Shown here in pieces: positions 12,905 to 25,855 of a DNA stretch of 64,000 nt. A program made the position numbers and the translations under genes. The stretch is from Podarcis vaucheri (Eukaryota): NCBI GenBank assembly GCA_965113315.1, contig OZ220368.1. One strand, written 5' to 3'. The notes under the pieces were generated by a model, which worked only from the letters and a program-made list of their open reading frames with translations, ran no database searches and was not told the origin of the DNA. Within the stretch, counting starts at the first letter, position 1; the number at the start of each line of letters is the position of its first letter.

Positions 12905-13184
12905 TGGAGAGCCAGTGTGGTGTGGAGAGCCAGTGTGGTGTAGTGGTTAAGAGCGGTAGTCACGTAATCTGGGAAACCGGGTTCGTGTCTCCGCTCCTCC
13001 ACATGCAGCTGCTGGGTGACCTTGGGCCAGTCACACTTCTGTGAAGTCTCTCAGCCCCACTCACCTCACAGAGTGTTTGTTGTGGGGGAGGAAGGGAAAG
13101 GAGAATGTTAGCCGCTTTGAGACTCCTGAAGGGGAGTGAAAGGCGGGATATCAAATCCAAACTCTTCTTCTTCTTCTTCTTCTT
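12905..13184 (+). mobile_element. tRNA-derived SINE with CORE-like segment and (CTT)n tail, full length
   Basis: A box TGGTGTAGTGGTTAAGAGC, B box GGTTCGTGTC, GGGTGACCTTGGGCCAGTCAC, and (CTT)n tail; first 18 bp tandemly duplicated. Confidence 0.9.
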
Positions 13185-15984
13185 GTGAAGCAAGAATTGT
13201 TCAGCTTGCAGGTACTTCTAAATCCATAAAGTTCCCTGAATATGCTAGTATTGACAGGGTATTCTTTTTGCCACCTTTGCCAGCTGTGGCCTTTCTTGGA
13301 GAAGGTATATCTGGCATAAGTTTTCCAGGCCCTGGCTATTAGACTAGACTACACTACTAGACTAGATTACTACAGTGCTTGCTATCTAGACTTGCTTTTA
13401 TAAAAGCAACCTGGAAACTTTGGTGAAAAATACTTGTTTTCTGGCACTGGAGGGTCAGATCACATTCTGATCTTATACAAATATGCAGTGGTTGTCCATT
13501 TGTATCTGGATTTAAAGTGCCAGCGATTCTCAGAAATTGCCTGTTCCCATATGAACTTGCCCAGCCTCTGCCCCCAACTGCTCCTGAGTGTTTTAATGCT
13601 TTAACTTACCCTAGGACCTTGGGGTAAAGGGTGGGTGATAAAGAAACAAACAAATAAATAAATAAATCATGTCACGTTAACTGGTCTTCTCCAATTATGG
13701 CTCTGTTTAGATTTAACACACAGGGCTGGTTCAGACATCTGTGTGCATCATTTGACTGGTAGATCAGTTGCTGACATGTAGACAGAACCTGCCTCACACC
13801 TCAAACGGAGTGCTTTTCATTGGAGTTGAGTTCATGTGTTCAGCAGCTGCCAGTCACCAAGTGTAAAATGAGCAAGTTTAGAGAAATAAAGTGATGGGCA
13901 TGGATGTATGGGCCAACTCACGCTTTTGCAGAGGCCCTAGTGGGATGGATACTCTCATCCTGGGGCTTCAACTGGCCTTGCTTGCCAGGCTTTCACCTCC
14001 CCTGGAGAGAGTTCACACTTTGTCTTGTATCACTGCCCTGGGAAGTACTATCACTGCTGTAGAGTAGCTTTGATAATGAATTATTAACTATATTTGGTTC
14101 TGTTTGGTTAAAAAAAAACCCAAAGTTTTTTGCATTTCTCCGGTGGTGTCATTGACCCCAACTTCTTGGGAAACTACAAAACTGGATGACTTCTCTTCAT
14201 CTCGTAGAGTGATTGGTGTTTTGACAGGAGCACACTAGCTATGCCAACTGGAAACTCAGTAAGAATTCTCACAAAGGACTGATTGACCCTGTAGAGGGGT
14301 AGAGGTTACTGTGATCCTACATATTTTTTTAGGGAAACTGAGGTTGAGGGACAAACTTGCTTAGGGACACCTAGTGGATTCATGGTTGAGATGAGATTTG
14401 AGATGGGATTTGGAATGCAGTTCAAAAATGAAGGGGCACTGAACTTTAGATGTGATGTTGATGTTAAGTGTAGAATTTGGTGGATGCTGGGTTGTGAGCA
14501 AGTGGGAGACAATCACTGTAAGAAAGTACATAGAGAAAGAGGTACCTGCATTGGCAGGAGGTTGGATTGGGTGATGCAGGAGGGATCTCAAACTTCAAGA
14601 TTCCATGAATGTGTGAATACCTCTTTTGTGATCCAAGATGGTATTGTGGCTTATATGTTCTGCAGTTTTGTGGCTATCTTACAAACGGCTATGTTTGCTT
14701 ATGTTCAAGTATAAATTCTTTGGCTTCTGCAAAACGTGTACATTGCAAGCTGTTAGTTGCTATAAATTGCAAATGTGTACAAAATGAAAACGGAAATTGG
14801 TCCTGTCACTTTGTGTTGCTTGAAGTTACACCATATCCACTTGTCCCCTTTCCCTACGTGTGACATGAGTGAGATGCACAAAATGAGTGGGGCTTGCACT
14901 ATCATATTTGACATAAACCATGTCACGATGCGGCATGAGTGAAGTTTGAAGGAAAATGGGTCGGAGTTATAACCCACTTGGTAAAGCACCAAATTAAAGA
15001 AATCTTTGGGACCTGACCATCTGTGTGCTTCTGATGCCTGTTGTGAAGGGGCCTCAGAAAAAACATCTGGAAGCATTGCCCAGATGCTGTGTTCTCATTA
15101 CCTGTAGCTGCTTGCAGCTTTTCAGCAGCAGCAGGTCCTAGGAGAACGGTGACCATGTCCCCCCTTCAACCTCAACATCTCTCCCCCCACTCCACCCCAG
15201 CATGTCTGTCCTCCCCATCATTAAACAAGAACAGTAAAGCAGAAGAATCTTTACACACTGTGATTTTATACCATGGATCAAAGATCAAAGCAGAGCACAG
15301 TGACCATAAAAATAACTGCTTTTTCAATTTTACAATGCTTTCAGTGGTAAAGAATCAAATAAATTTAATATTAATTAAACACTTAGCTTTTAACCTCCTT
15401 CTGCATCCACATTTGGCTGCCTGTTGGAGAAAAATTAATTGGGCATCTTAAATCTTGCGTTACTAAATGCTTTGACAGAGGTTTCAGAAGCACTTATAAC
15501 TTAAAGCTAAAGGCAATGGGACCATTTGTCCTTGCACTCACTTAATTGAAAAGTCTGAGATTGGAAGGTGGGGGGAGGGAGGAAAGTGCCATTTTATGGT
15601 TGAGTTTCATTCTTTCTTTTTTCCTTAAAAAAAAGCATAACTTACAGTTCCAGTATTACAACCTCCGTTTTAATTCCATCTCTGTAAGTGACACCTTGCA
15701 GAATGGAAACGATTGATCTTCTGTTACATGCGCCCTATTGATCCTGCACCATGCTGGAATTTGGAAGAAATTTGATATTTGTAGTTTTATGAGATGATAA
15801 CATTTAATACCTTTTCCTAGTATTCTTCTCTCTGCTTCACAGACTTGGATATGGAAAATAAAATCAGAACAAAAACATAAACAATTAAGTATTAAGAATT
15901 TGCATTACTTTGTGAAATACTGAGCATTCATTTGAAAATGTAGCTGTTTTTGGAGCAAGATGCATCATACCTCTAGTTGCATCA

Positions 15985-16156
15985 GCACACACTGGATTAA
16001 GAATGCCAGTTGCTGGAGAGGCCAAGTGCTGAGAGCATTGTTGCGCTCATGTCCAGCTTTTGGACTTCCTGTTGGCATATGTTTAGCTACTGTGAGCACA
16101 GAATGCTAGACTAGATGGTTCATTGGCCTGATCTAGCATGACTCTCCTTATGTTTA
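15985..16156 (+). mobile_element. CR1-type 3'UTR remnant
   Basis: GCTAGACTAGATGGTTCATTGGCCTGATCTAGCATGACTCTCCTTATGTT; similar to 50880-51050 and 58130-58215. Confidence 0.6.
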
Positions 16157-16577
16157 AGGCAGGAAGTAAAGAGGAATGGAGTGTTACACAACAGAATACT
16201 AGATAGTACCTTTTTAAAGTAGGAGAAAGCATGGGAAAGCAGAAGGAGCTACAAACCTATTTGGAGAAGTGACAGGAGCTGGAAATCAGTTGGAGTGCTG
16301 GCTTGGATTGGCTCCTTCAGTGACCTGCACCAACCTTCCTGTCACCTTGCCTCTTCCTGTCTTCTTCTCAGTAAGTGGCAGCGACACACCTACCAGGAAC
16401 TGAATTTAACATGGGAAAGTATGAGAAACTGAGAGAAATGAAACTTGACACTTTTGTCCATCCTTACCATATGCTCACCAGCCTTTGTGAAGGAAATTGT
16501 TGGGAGAGTCCTCATACCAGTTGCATCCCATATTCAGGTCGTCCAGCATGCTGTGGTTTTGTTTCTGTTTACCTGTA

Positions 16578-16830
16578 CAGTGGTGCCCCGCAAGACGAAT
16601 GCCTCGCAAGACGAATGCCTCGCTAGGCGAAAGGGTTTTTCGGTTTTGCGTTGCTTCGCTAGACGAATTTCCCTATGGGCTTGCTTTGCAAGATGAAAAC
16701 ATCTTGCGCTTTTTTTTTAAAGCCGCTTGAAGAGGCGCAGTTGCGACGGACCGTGCTTCGCAAGACGAAAAACATCGCAAGACGAAAAGACTCGTGGAAC
16801 GAATTATTTTCGTCTTGCGAGGCACCACTG
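16578..16830. mobile_element. Tigger/pogo-type MITE, family B
   Basis: TIRs CAGTGGTGCCCCGCAAGACGAA and TTCGTCTTGCGAGGCACCACTG; TA TSDs; internal CGCAAGACGAA repeats. Confidence 0.9.
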
Positions 16831-16937
16831 TATATTGATAGGTAGAAAAGTCACAGTGACAATCTTCTATGATTAACTTTTTTTAAAAAAAAATATTTAA
16901 ATGTTTGTCCATGGCTTTTCTTGCAGCAAAAGCAGAA

Positions 16938-16938
<1 letters not shown>

Positions 16939-17006
<68 letters not shown>
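16939..17006. repeat. Compound (TG)n(AG)n microsatellite
   Basis: Seen directly in the sequence. Confidence 0.95.
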
Positions 17007-17011
<5 letters not shown>

Positions 17012-18639
17012 CTTACCGGACATCATAGAACATTGTAGGCACAGCTGACAGTTCAGGGGAGTCAGGGGAAGGGGAGACATCTCCAGAACCAGAGATGCCC
17101 CCATCTTCACAGACATGACAGGTTCTGAGGTGTCATGAACAGCAGAAAGTGCACTTGGGGCATGCAAGAGAACACAATCCAGCTTAGTAGTTGATCAGGT
17201 GAAGACTGAGTTGAATAAAAAGAGAAGCAAGGAGTGTCTGTGTCTGTTCAACTTCCACCATAGATGGACCATGGCTTGACTGTTTCGGGAGCTCCACTGG
17301 ACTGCAGTCTTGAACTGACCCTAGGATTCCAACTGGATCTTCTTCAGAGATGGGAAAGTGGCCTTATGGTTTGACTTTGAAGCTATATTTGATCGTTGGA
17401 CTCTAGCATTGCCATTGGTACTGTTGTCCCAATAGCACTTTCTTCTTAGACTACGCTGTTCGCTGTGTGCACTATTGGGAGTATGCTGGGGTTCAGAACA
17501 GGTATAAGGAGCACCCTAAGCTGCAGTGGCCCTGCCTCTTCTCCCATAGTCTGGCCTCAATGGTTCCATTGCATGGACCACCATCTCCTCATCCCGAATC
17601 TACCTTCTCCAAGATGCTTATTATACGTGGTTAAGGGCTTGAGTAGGTGAATATCTTCATCTTACTCCTCCTATCTCTCTCTGCCCTCTTCCATGTCTTG
17701 ATACTTTATATATCCTGGAAGCTCACAGGTACTCACATTTAGGTGGTGGTGGGATGTTAAAATATTTTTCTTTTAATTTACAAATGTATGTACTTCTGAG
17801 TGGAATCTCCCAAGTATGTAGAAACTACTACTTTATTATTATTATTTGCATGGACACTTTGCTTGAAACTGACAAGCACTCAACCACCTGAGTTTGCTGT
17901 TCGAAAGAGTGAGGATGATAACGCCTGCGATATCTTTTGTTCTGGCATTGTCAAACCGATCTTCCTCCTCTACCTCTACCCGCCCTCCCCTCCGATGTCT
18001 TGTCTTTTCAACTGTAAGCATGAGGGACGGTGTCTCATTTCCATTCATTCACTATACTCTCCAGCAGCATTTTTGTGCTAAATGTTAATTGCTGTAAGCC
18101 ACTTTTTTTTTGCTCACATGCTCTGGAACGTATTTCCACCAAATGTTTGTTCAGACCACTTTCCGCCATGCTTGTTACTTTTGCCTTCACCCCAAACTGG
18201 CAATTGTTTTAATTCAGCAGAGCTGCCTTCTTATAGAGCTGTAAAGTGCGACCTTAGAGACAGACCTGCTCTGGTTGTAAGCTTGCAGCTTGCCACCTTT
18301 TTCCTGACAGAGGCTCTTTTAGCTGGTTTCCTTTTAACAGGCGCCTGCTTACAAGACATTAAACATATATGTCCTTTCCGATCATGGGCATGTGCTGTGG
18401 TGAGAAGATGGCACCCGTGGAGTGTTTGGTTTGCAGGCAGCTGTTGTAGAGGGAAGAAGGGCTACTGTAGTTCAGATGGGTGAATTGAAGTGAAGTGAGA
18501 TAAAATAACCTCTGGCAGGACTCTTTTGACCTGAAGGTTTTGCAGTCTGGATGGTTGTTCTTCAGACAATAGCAGGGCTGTTAGCTCAGGAGAGGAAGTG
18601 CTAGAGTTGTTAACCAGCATTGTTTGCTCAGATTATACA

Positions 18640-18960
18640 TTGCCTAGACTTAAAAGAATTTCCCCATTGGTTAACCTATTTACTTCTGAGTCCAGTTTAA
18701 AATGCTGGTGCTTCCCTTTAAAGCCTTAGACAGCTTGAGAGGCAAGTACCTTCTCTCATACCAAACGGGATCTATGCCTCCTGGTATCAGCATCCTTGCT
18801 GGGTTTTTTTTTTAGGCATCGTGCAAAAACTTTTCTTTATTCACCCAGGCAATTTAAAACATTTTTACTTTCTTGGGTCTTTATTTGTGCTTTTTTCTGC
18901 TGGTGGTTTTGAGTGAATTTCTTATTTTCTATTTTTGTATATCTTCTTGAAATCTTTGAT
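18640..18960 (+). mobile_element. Old L2 remnant
   Basis: CCATTGGTTAACC...CCAGTTTAAAATGCTGGTGCTTCCCTTTAAAGCCTTA resembles the HWLP..QFKVLVLTFKAL segment of the young L2. Confidence 0.5.
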
Positions 18961-19636
18961 AAAAAGCAGAATACACATGGTTTAAATTATTAAATGGAGC
19001 TGCCAGCTTCTTAGACAACTGTCATGACTTGTGACTCTTGAATATAATCTTTCTTATCCGGCATAACACAATTGGATTAATTGTTCATGTATACAAAGGC
19101 TGTTATTTTCAACATTAACCCAAACTTTGCCTTAACCAGCAGTGAAAGTGAATTTTGATGTTGCGTATGGAGTACTACATCCTTTAGCAGTGACATAACA
19201 TACTTTTTAACGTAACCCTTTCTGACAATTTTTATGGACTGTGTTCAAAGAGTGGCCAGGTTTGTACATAGAGAGAAGCCAGAGTTAAACCAAACAATGA
19301 CTTAACAGGGAACAAACAAATGGGTCTGGTGCATGCTGCTCAAATCTTGCTTCTCCCCATCCCTGTCTTCACCATGCTGGGTGGAAACAAGCAAGAATAA
19401 CCCAAGGGTGAACCATGGTTTTTCTCCTGGGATGGTACTAGTACAACCCTTCTTGGCTGCACACCTGGTATGACTGCACTTCTCACCCTGCCCCCGATAG
19501 AGCCAAAGATCAGCACGGTAAGGCTGTTTGCATCACAAGGGTTAAGAACCTGAGATATACATGATGCAGACCATTATGTTCAGAAGCAATTTCTTGTTCA
19601 CCCTCTTGGTTTATCTGCTCATATTTTCAGATTCAT

Positions 19637-19966
19637 GGTAAGGTAAAGGTAAAGGGACCCCTGACTATTAGGTCCAGTCATGGTGGTGCTCATCTCGCTT
19701 TATTGGCCAAGGGAGCCAGCGTACAGCTTCCGGGTTATGTGGCCAGCATGACTAGGCCGCTTCTGGCGAACCAGAGCAGTGCACGGAAACTCCATTTACC
19801 TTCCCGCCAGATCAATTCCTATTTATCTACTTGCACTTTGACGTGCTTTCAAACTGCTAGGTGGGCAGGAACTGGGACCGAGCAACAGGAGCTCACCCCT
19901 GTTGCAGGGATTTGAACCACCGACCTTCTGATCGGCAAGTCCTAGGCTCTGTGGTTTAACCCACAG
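19637..19966 (-). mobile_element. Sauria SINE (Squam1)
   Basis: (AAAGGT)n tail on the + strand, TATTTATCTACTTGCAC, and tRNA-like head (GGATTTGAACC). Confidence 0.9.
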
Positions 19967-20585
19967 TTGTGGTAGTTTCGGTTAAATGTACAGCTCAGAT
20001 ATGTTGTGATGTTTGGATGGAATCCTTTAGGAGGGAAATGCTCCTCCCCACCCCCATCTCAGGTGGGGTTTTTTTGGTAACTTGCAGGGGAATATAGTTT
20101 GATACATCCCAGCACATATGCCTCTTGGTACCCAGTCATGGACTACACCCATCAGCAAATCCTTTGCTCAGTGTGATTTCAAGCAGCCCTACCTCCTGTA
20201 AGCCCTCTTCTTCACCCTGGCAGATAAGGCTAACTGCAGTCTTTCTGTATACCCCTTTTCGCCCCAATCCATTTCCCCCCAACCTTTGCAAGCATGCTTT
20301 CTTTTCCTGTTATCCAAGGGAGGGGAAGCAAAAAAGAGAGAAGAACAACTGTATAAAAATGTTAATTTATTAATCATTGCCTATATAGCAGTTCATCTGA
20401 AATGCTGTTGCTATGCCAACACCCTGGGAGTTTATTTTCTTAATCCAAGTGAGGAGCTCCCGGTCTCTTGGCCCCCTGCTGTGTCATTTGAATATGGTGC
20501 TGCTGCTGCCGCTGCTGCCGCCACTGCTTTAAGGGGGGGCGGGAAGAGAGGGAGAGGGAGGGAAAGAGATGGGGGGGAGAGAAGG

Positions 20586-20725
20586 NNNNNNNNNNNNNNN
20601 NNNNNNNNNNNNNNNNNNNNNNNNNNNNNNNNNNNNNNNNNNNNNNNNNNNNNNNNNNNNNNNNNNNNNNNNNNNNNNNNNNNNNNNNNNNNNNNNNNNN
20701 NNNNNNNNNNNNNNNNNNNNNNNNN
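20586..20725. other. Assembly gap (N run)
   Basis: Run of N. Confidence 0.99.
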
Positions 20726-22904
20726 TTAGTCCAACTGTCACTCGGCAAGCACGCGTCGGACAAAATCAACACTAATCAACATTTATTCCTCTCTTGCCCT
20801 TGGGTCCGAGGAGGGAGAGAGGGCTGCGGCGTTCTCCCGCTTGTCTCGCCACGCTTTTCACCCTCTATCCAGCTTTGCCATATATCACCCTTCCTCGCTG
20901 TGCCTCTCCTTGTACAGATCCACACACTCAGCTATCAGACAACATTAGAGGCATGATAGATTTTCTGTTTTAATTTACATCTATTATATTACAACATAAC
21001 AGTTCTTGATTCAGGGGAGGCTAGTGTCTCCTATAGATGGCCTCAACGGGAGGATTTCTGCATTAACTTATTAGGGCTGGTTAGAATGGGCTTTCAAATA
21101 GACTCCCCGCCCCCCACCCCTGCCTCTCTCATGCTCTTCCTTGCATGGTGAGTGAAGACACTTTGCTGCTGCCGCCCGTCCAGGAGGACTTGGACTTGTG
21201 TGCAGTGCTTTTCTTCACAAAGCTGGATGTTGTGCTTCGGCTGCCTTTCTAAAGGAGCACAGTGCTGAAGTGGAATTCGACACACGCAAAAGCGCATATT
21301 AATATCAGGGGAAATAATTTCAGAGGGGCTTGTGCAGGTCCTAGGGAAGTTCCTGGTGCCGTGTGTCCGATGGCACTTCCCGAGGCTTACTTTTTACTTC
21401 ATCGCTGTATTTATCTAGATTGATAGCCCACCCATTTTAGCGTTTTAACCCCTCCCCCCTGGATCGTTCCAGCACCCTCCAGGGGACGGTATCACCCACT
21501 TCGGGAAACACTGATCTAAATCATATCTGTGGTTTTATTGATACTTTCATCCTTTTTACAGTGAATTGTTTTTTGTTTTGACTGTAAGTTACCTGAAATA
21601 TATATATTGTAGAAACACTTTGTATAAATTTAAAAACTAAATACAATAACTAATAAACCAGCAACTAATAAATCAAGCACAGAACGCTCCCCAGCTGAGT
21701 AAGCAAGGCCCTGCTAGGAACAGACTAATTTTCTAAATGCCAAATGGGGTTTTTCTGGCTTTCTGAAATTTCATTGACGGCCTTACTGGTATTTGCCCAA
21801 GGTGGAATACAAACCTCAAAGTACCTTAAGATAACCAGAATTTCGCACAACCGTAATAAGAATTCATGCTGGCAGCAAAGCATAATCATAAGCAGCAATG
21901 AAAAAAACAATTTAGAAGATTTGAGAAAAGATGTATTTTTATTTTGTTTATTTTTAAATAAATACAGGAATTTGCCTTTCCCATTTTGCCCCCTCCCCTC
22001 TGGTTTGGGTAGGAGATTTTGGCTATTTTGCAGGTTCTGGGTGGAGGGGTGCCGGCTAATCAAACTTGATACCCATTTTGGCCTAGGGCTAGTATATATA
22101 CAAAAGATGCAGGTTGGGTGCTTCTGTGTGTAGGGTTCTACAAAATGGATACCACAACAGAGAAGACCATGCCTTACCTATTAGATGCTCTCAGCTCATG
22201 TGTGTTGGTGCCACACGCAGCAGACTTTTCGTGTGAAGGTTAAGTATGTTGGATTTAGTGGACTCCTGGGACACAAACCTGTTCAAGAAGTCTCCAGCAC
22301 ACATCACACTGAAATGAGTTAGATCTGTGGAAGATCCCAACAGTCATCTTGTGCAGCTCCCATTTGTTTCAACAGCACTCCCATTGAATCCTGCCTTTTA
22401 TCTCTCTCCCTGCCATCCACCCCTGACAGAGTGCAATGATAGAGCCACACTGTATGCCCAAGTGAACATGTTAGGTAATTTATAGTATGTTTGGAGGGAA
22501 GCTGGTAACTTGCATGTAAATTTTGTATTCAGCATTAAAGTAAGTGATGCTTACTCAAAATTTGAGCTTAATATAATCACACTTTTTTTAAAAAAAGAAG
22601 GAGGGAAGGAAGATAATTCCAGTAATAGGAGGTTTTTGTGTTAACCATGTCTCAAAAGCTGGCCTCAATAATTTTAATGATGGGGAAGAGACTCTCGACT
22701 ATGGAGGTTGGGAGAGGGAGGGAGACATGGAAAACACGGACATCCCTGCCCCTCTGATGAGCTGGCTGTGTTTATCCCTTTGTTGAAGCCATCGCATCCC
22801 ACTGGGTGCAGGAGAGATGTTCAGCACTGCTGCATTTGCAAACCATCTTGTAACACTAATAAAATGGGAATCACTGCTTTACAAGGTGGTTACTTAGGAT
22901 AACT

Positions 22905-23587
22905 TCACTTCCATAAAATCTGGTAACCAGACCCAAAATATTCCTGATTGACTTTCAGATGGCTTCCATTTTTAAAAGAACACACCCAAAATGAGACACG
23001 CAAAATGTTGGATCAATTGGATAATTCATTTGAAACTAAAAAGCCAATGGCTATTTTTTATAGATATTTATTATCAACAACTAAGTTTGATATGCAGAGT
23101 TTAATGAATGATTGGAATGTTCACTATTACCTAGACAGTGGGAAAATGTCTTGACATTGGTATCAGATGTATTGATGGAAATATTTTCAGAGGTGAATAT
23201 GCTCTTGAACTATATACCCATTGTATGGAAATTGATAGCAGGACAGCGAAAATGGATTCAATGCACCCTAATGGTAGCCAAGCGACTGATATGGGTGAAT
23301 TGGAAGAATTATAGATAATATTCCCCGTAATCAATAACTTGACAACATTGGCAACATCTGAACGGACAACTTATAGACACAATTTTCGATAAATACCATT
23401 TGGAATGAGTTTACACAGAATATATTTGATTCTTGATGATTATGTGTGTACTGTATTAGGATAATAAGAATATACATATATGCATGGTAATGTAGCAGTA
23501 TTTTTTCTTTATTTCTCGCTTTTTTCTTGCTTTTTTCTCACTATCTTTTTATAAATGAAATTCTTCTAATAAAATATTTTTTTAAAA
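22905..23587 (+). mobile_element. Decayed L1/Tx1-like 3' fragment
   Basis: Broken frames include LMVAKRLIWVNWK, similar to AARILIAKYWK; AT-rich 3'UTR with AATAAA and an A-tract at about 23568-23587. Confidence 0.55.
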
Positions 23588-23597
23588 ACCCCGCTTT

Positions 23598-23688
23598 CAT
23601 AGCTGTCAACTTTTCCCTTTTCTTGCGAGGAATGCTATTCGGAATAAGGGAATTTCCCTTAAAAAAAGGGAAAAGTTGACAGCTTATG
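23598..23688. mobile_element. Very short palindromic hAT-like MITE (91 bp)
   Basis: TIRs CATAGCTGTCAACTTTTCCCTTTT and AAAAGGGAAAAGTTGACAGCTTATG; imperfect 8-bp flanks CCCGCTTT and CCCACCTT. Confidence 0.75.
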
Positions 23689-24684
23689 CCCACCTTTCTA
23701 GATCTCATGACTGGCTTTGCTGAATTTCAGTAGATCGGGAGTTTGTGCTAGAAAGAGTTAGATAACAGAACCATTGGCTTCACCTGAACAAGGTAGACTT
23801 GAAACTGCAAAAGTATTGGGTAGGATTCCACTAATCAGCCTCATCAGCAGAAGCTGATGTGAGTGAACATAGTGAACATTCCTGCAGAAAGACTTCTTTT
23901 TGCACAATGGGGCTTTCTTCACTCTCCTCCCCCGCTGTGCCTCCATGCCCACCCCCCAAAAAAACCCTCAGAGTAGTGGGGTAGAAAAAGAAAGGGGTAA
24001 TAATTTCACCTGGTAATGTTTGCACAGACAGAATGTTTGGAAGTTAGCAATGATGAGTTCTACTTTTTGGGATTAGTTAACAGGTGTCTGCCCAGCCACC
24101 TTCTTAGGTATCAAAAGAAACAACTGGAATAATCATAAAGATTTAGTGCTATGAGTTTATCAACTAAACATTGCCTTCTGGTTTATTAATGTGAGGCATT
24201 GGCTGCTTTTAGACATAGCAGTAAACTATGGGTCTATCTATCTTGTCTATCTATCCCCCTGACAGGACTCAAGACAGCTTGCTGATCTTTACTTGAATGG
24301 CTTATCTTTACTGGAAGGAGCCTAGGCAAGTCTTAAGTTTGTGTGCTCCCACTTTCCACCGGCACAGCCATGAGGAGACTGGAAGCAATCATTTCAATTA
24401 ACTACAGTTTACTGTTATGCAAGGCGAAACCCTTAACTGAATGAATGAATGAATAAATGGAGTTACTTTTAACGATGGCTTACAATAGTTAACTACAGAG
24501 AAGGGAGTGTGCAAGTCCAAGGCTTGCCTTGGATCATTTTGTAACAGTAAACCATAACTTATTGTTTGTCTCCAATTTCAAGCACTGTTTGCAGTTCTCC
24601 AAATGGAAATTCTAAAGGAGGTGGTTTTTGACTTAGAAGGGGTACCTCTATTGGTAGTACCCCTTGCATGCAGTACATGTCATA

Positions 24685-25045
24685 GTAGGCCACAAGGTGA
24701 ACCTGAGTTGACAGTGATGCAGCAACAAAAATGGGATAATACTCTTCTGGGCTGCATCAACAGAGTTCTAGTGACCAAATCAAGGCATGTAATAGCACCA
24801 CTCTATTCTGCCTTGGTCAGACCACACATAGAGTACTGTGCATCGATTCTGGGCACCACAATTTAAGAAGGATATTGACAAGCTGGAGCATGTGCAGAGG
24901 AGGGTGAGCAAGATGATCAAGCATCTGAAAACCAGGCCTTTTGAGGAACGGTTGAGGGAGTTGGGTATGTTTAGCTTGGTAAGGAAGAGACTGAGAGGAG
25001 ATAGGAACTTCAAATATCTAAAGGGCTGTCACATGGCAAATGGAC
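24685..25045 (+). mobile_element. CR1 LINE fragment (post-RT region)
   Basis: [51 protein letters not shown] across a frameshift. Confidence 0.9.
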
Positions 25046-25855
25046 AGAAGCATATTAATGTCTCTTCTTAGTTGTGACCCCTGAATTCACCAGCAGAGGT
25101 GGGGGTCCGAGAGGCATAATTGGTGGGTTATGTGTGACACACAGCAGTTATTGGAAAGAAGAGGGGTTGTGCAGAGGTGCCTCTTTCTGGAAATCTGTCA
25201 CTGGTTAGTGAATCTATTCCTTGTAGGAACACATGCTGTTTACTTACGATCTGCCTGTATTTGTAAAGAAGGCAAATATTACAAAGATGTCCTAAGTATC
25301 ATTTTCTCTCTTCTCCAAAGAAACATAAACCTGGGAAGTGCTTTGCTGGTTTGCCCTTGGGCATATTATAGAGAAAGGTGGAAGGCACTGCTAGGTTCAG
25401 CCCAGTCAAGAGAAGATTGGGGGTGGGGTGGGGTGGAAAGTGTTTTTCAGATATTTAGAAGAGCCTTGTGAGAGTGTTTACCGCTAAAGATGGAATAAAA
25501 AGAGATGGATTTAAACTACAGGAAGTCTGAGTCAGGCAAAATGTCTGAACTTCCCAACTACATGGACAGTCTGGCAATAGGATAAGTTGCCCTGGGAAGC
25601 AGAGAAATGTGTTTTCTTGGAGGTTCTCAAGAGAGGCTGGGCCAGGAGGAGGGGGAGAGAGAATAGTTCTTGGCTGTGGGCCACCTGGAATTAGGCACCG
25701 TGGCACCAGATTTAAAAACAGTTCCCCCTTCTCTTGGGTTATATGTGACACAATCTAGTGTAACGTGCCTACTTTTAAGTGTTAGTCTCATTTTAGTATG
25801 CCTGCACAAAAAGCATTTTGGAGCATGCGGTTGGGAAGAGAAATACTCTCTGGGA

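Noticed and set aside
12923-13000. tRNA gene (also at the Sauria and Squam3 heads)
   Set aside because: The A and B boxes continue into SINE bodies and tails, so these are tRNA-derived SINE heads.
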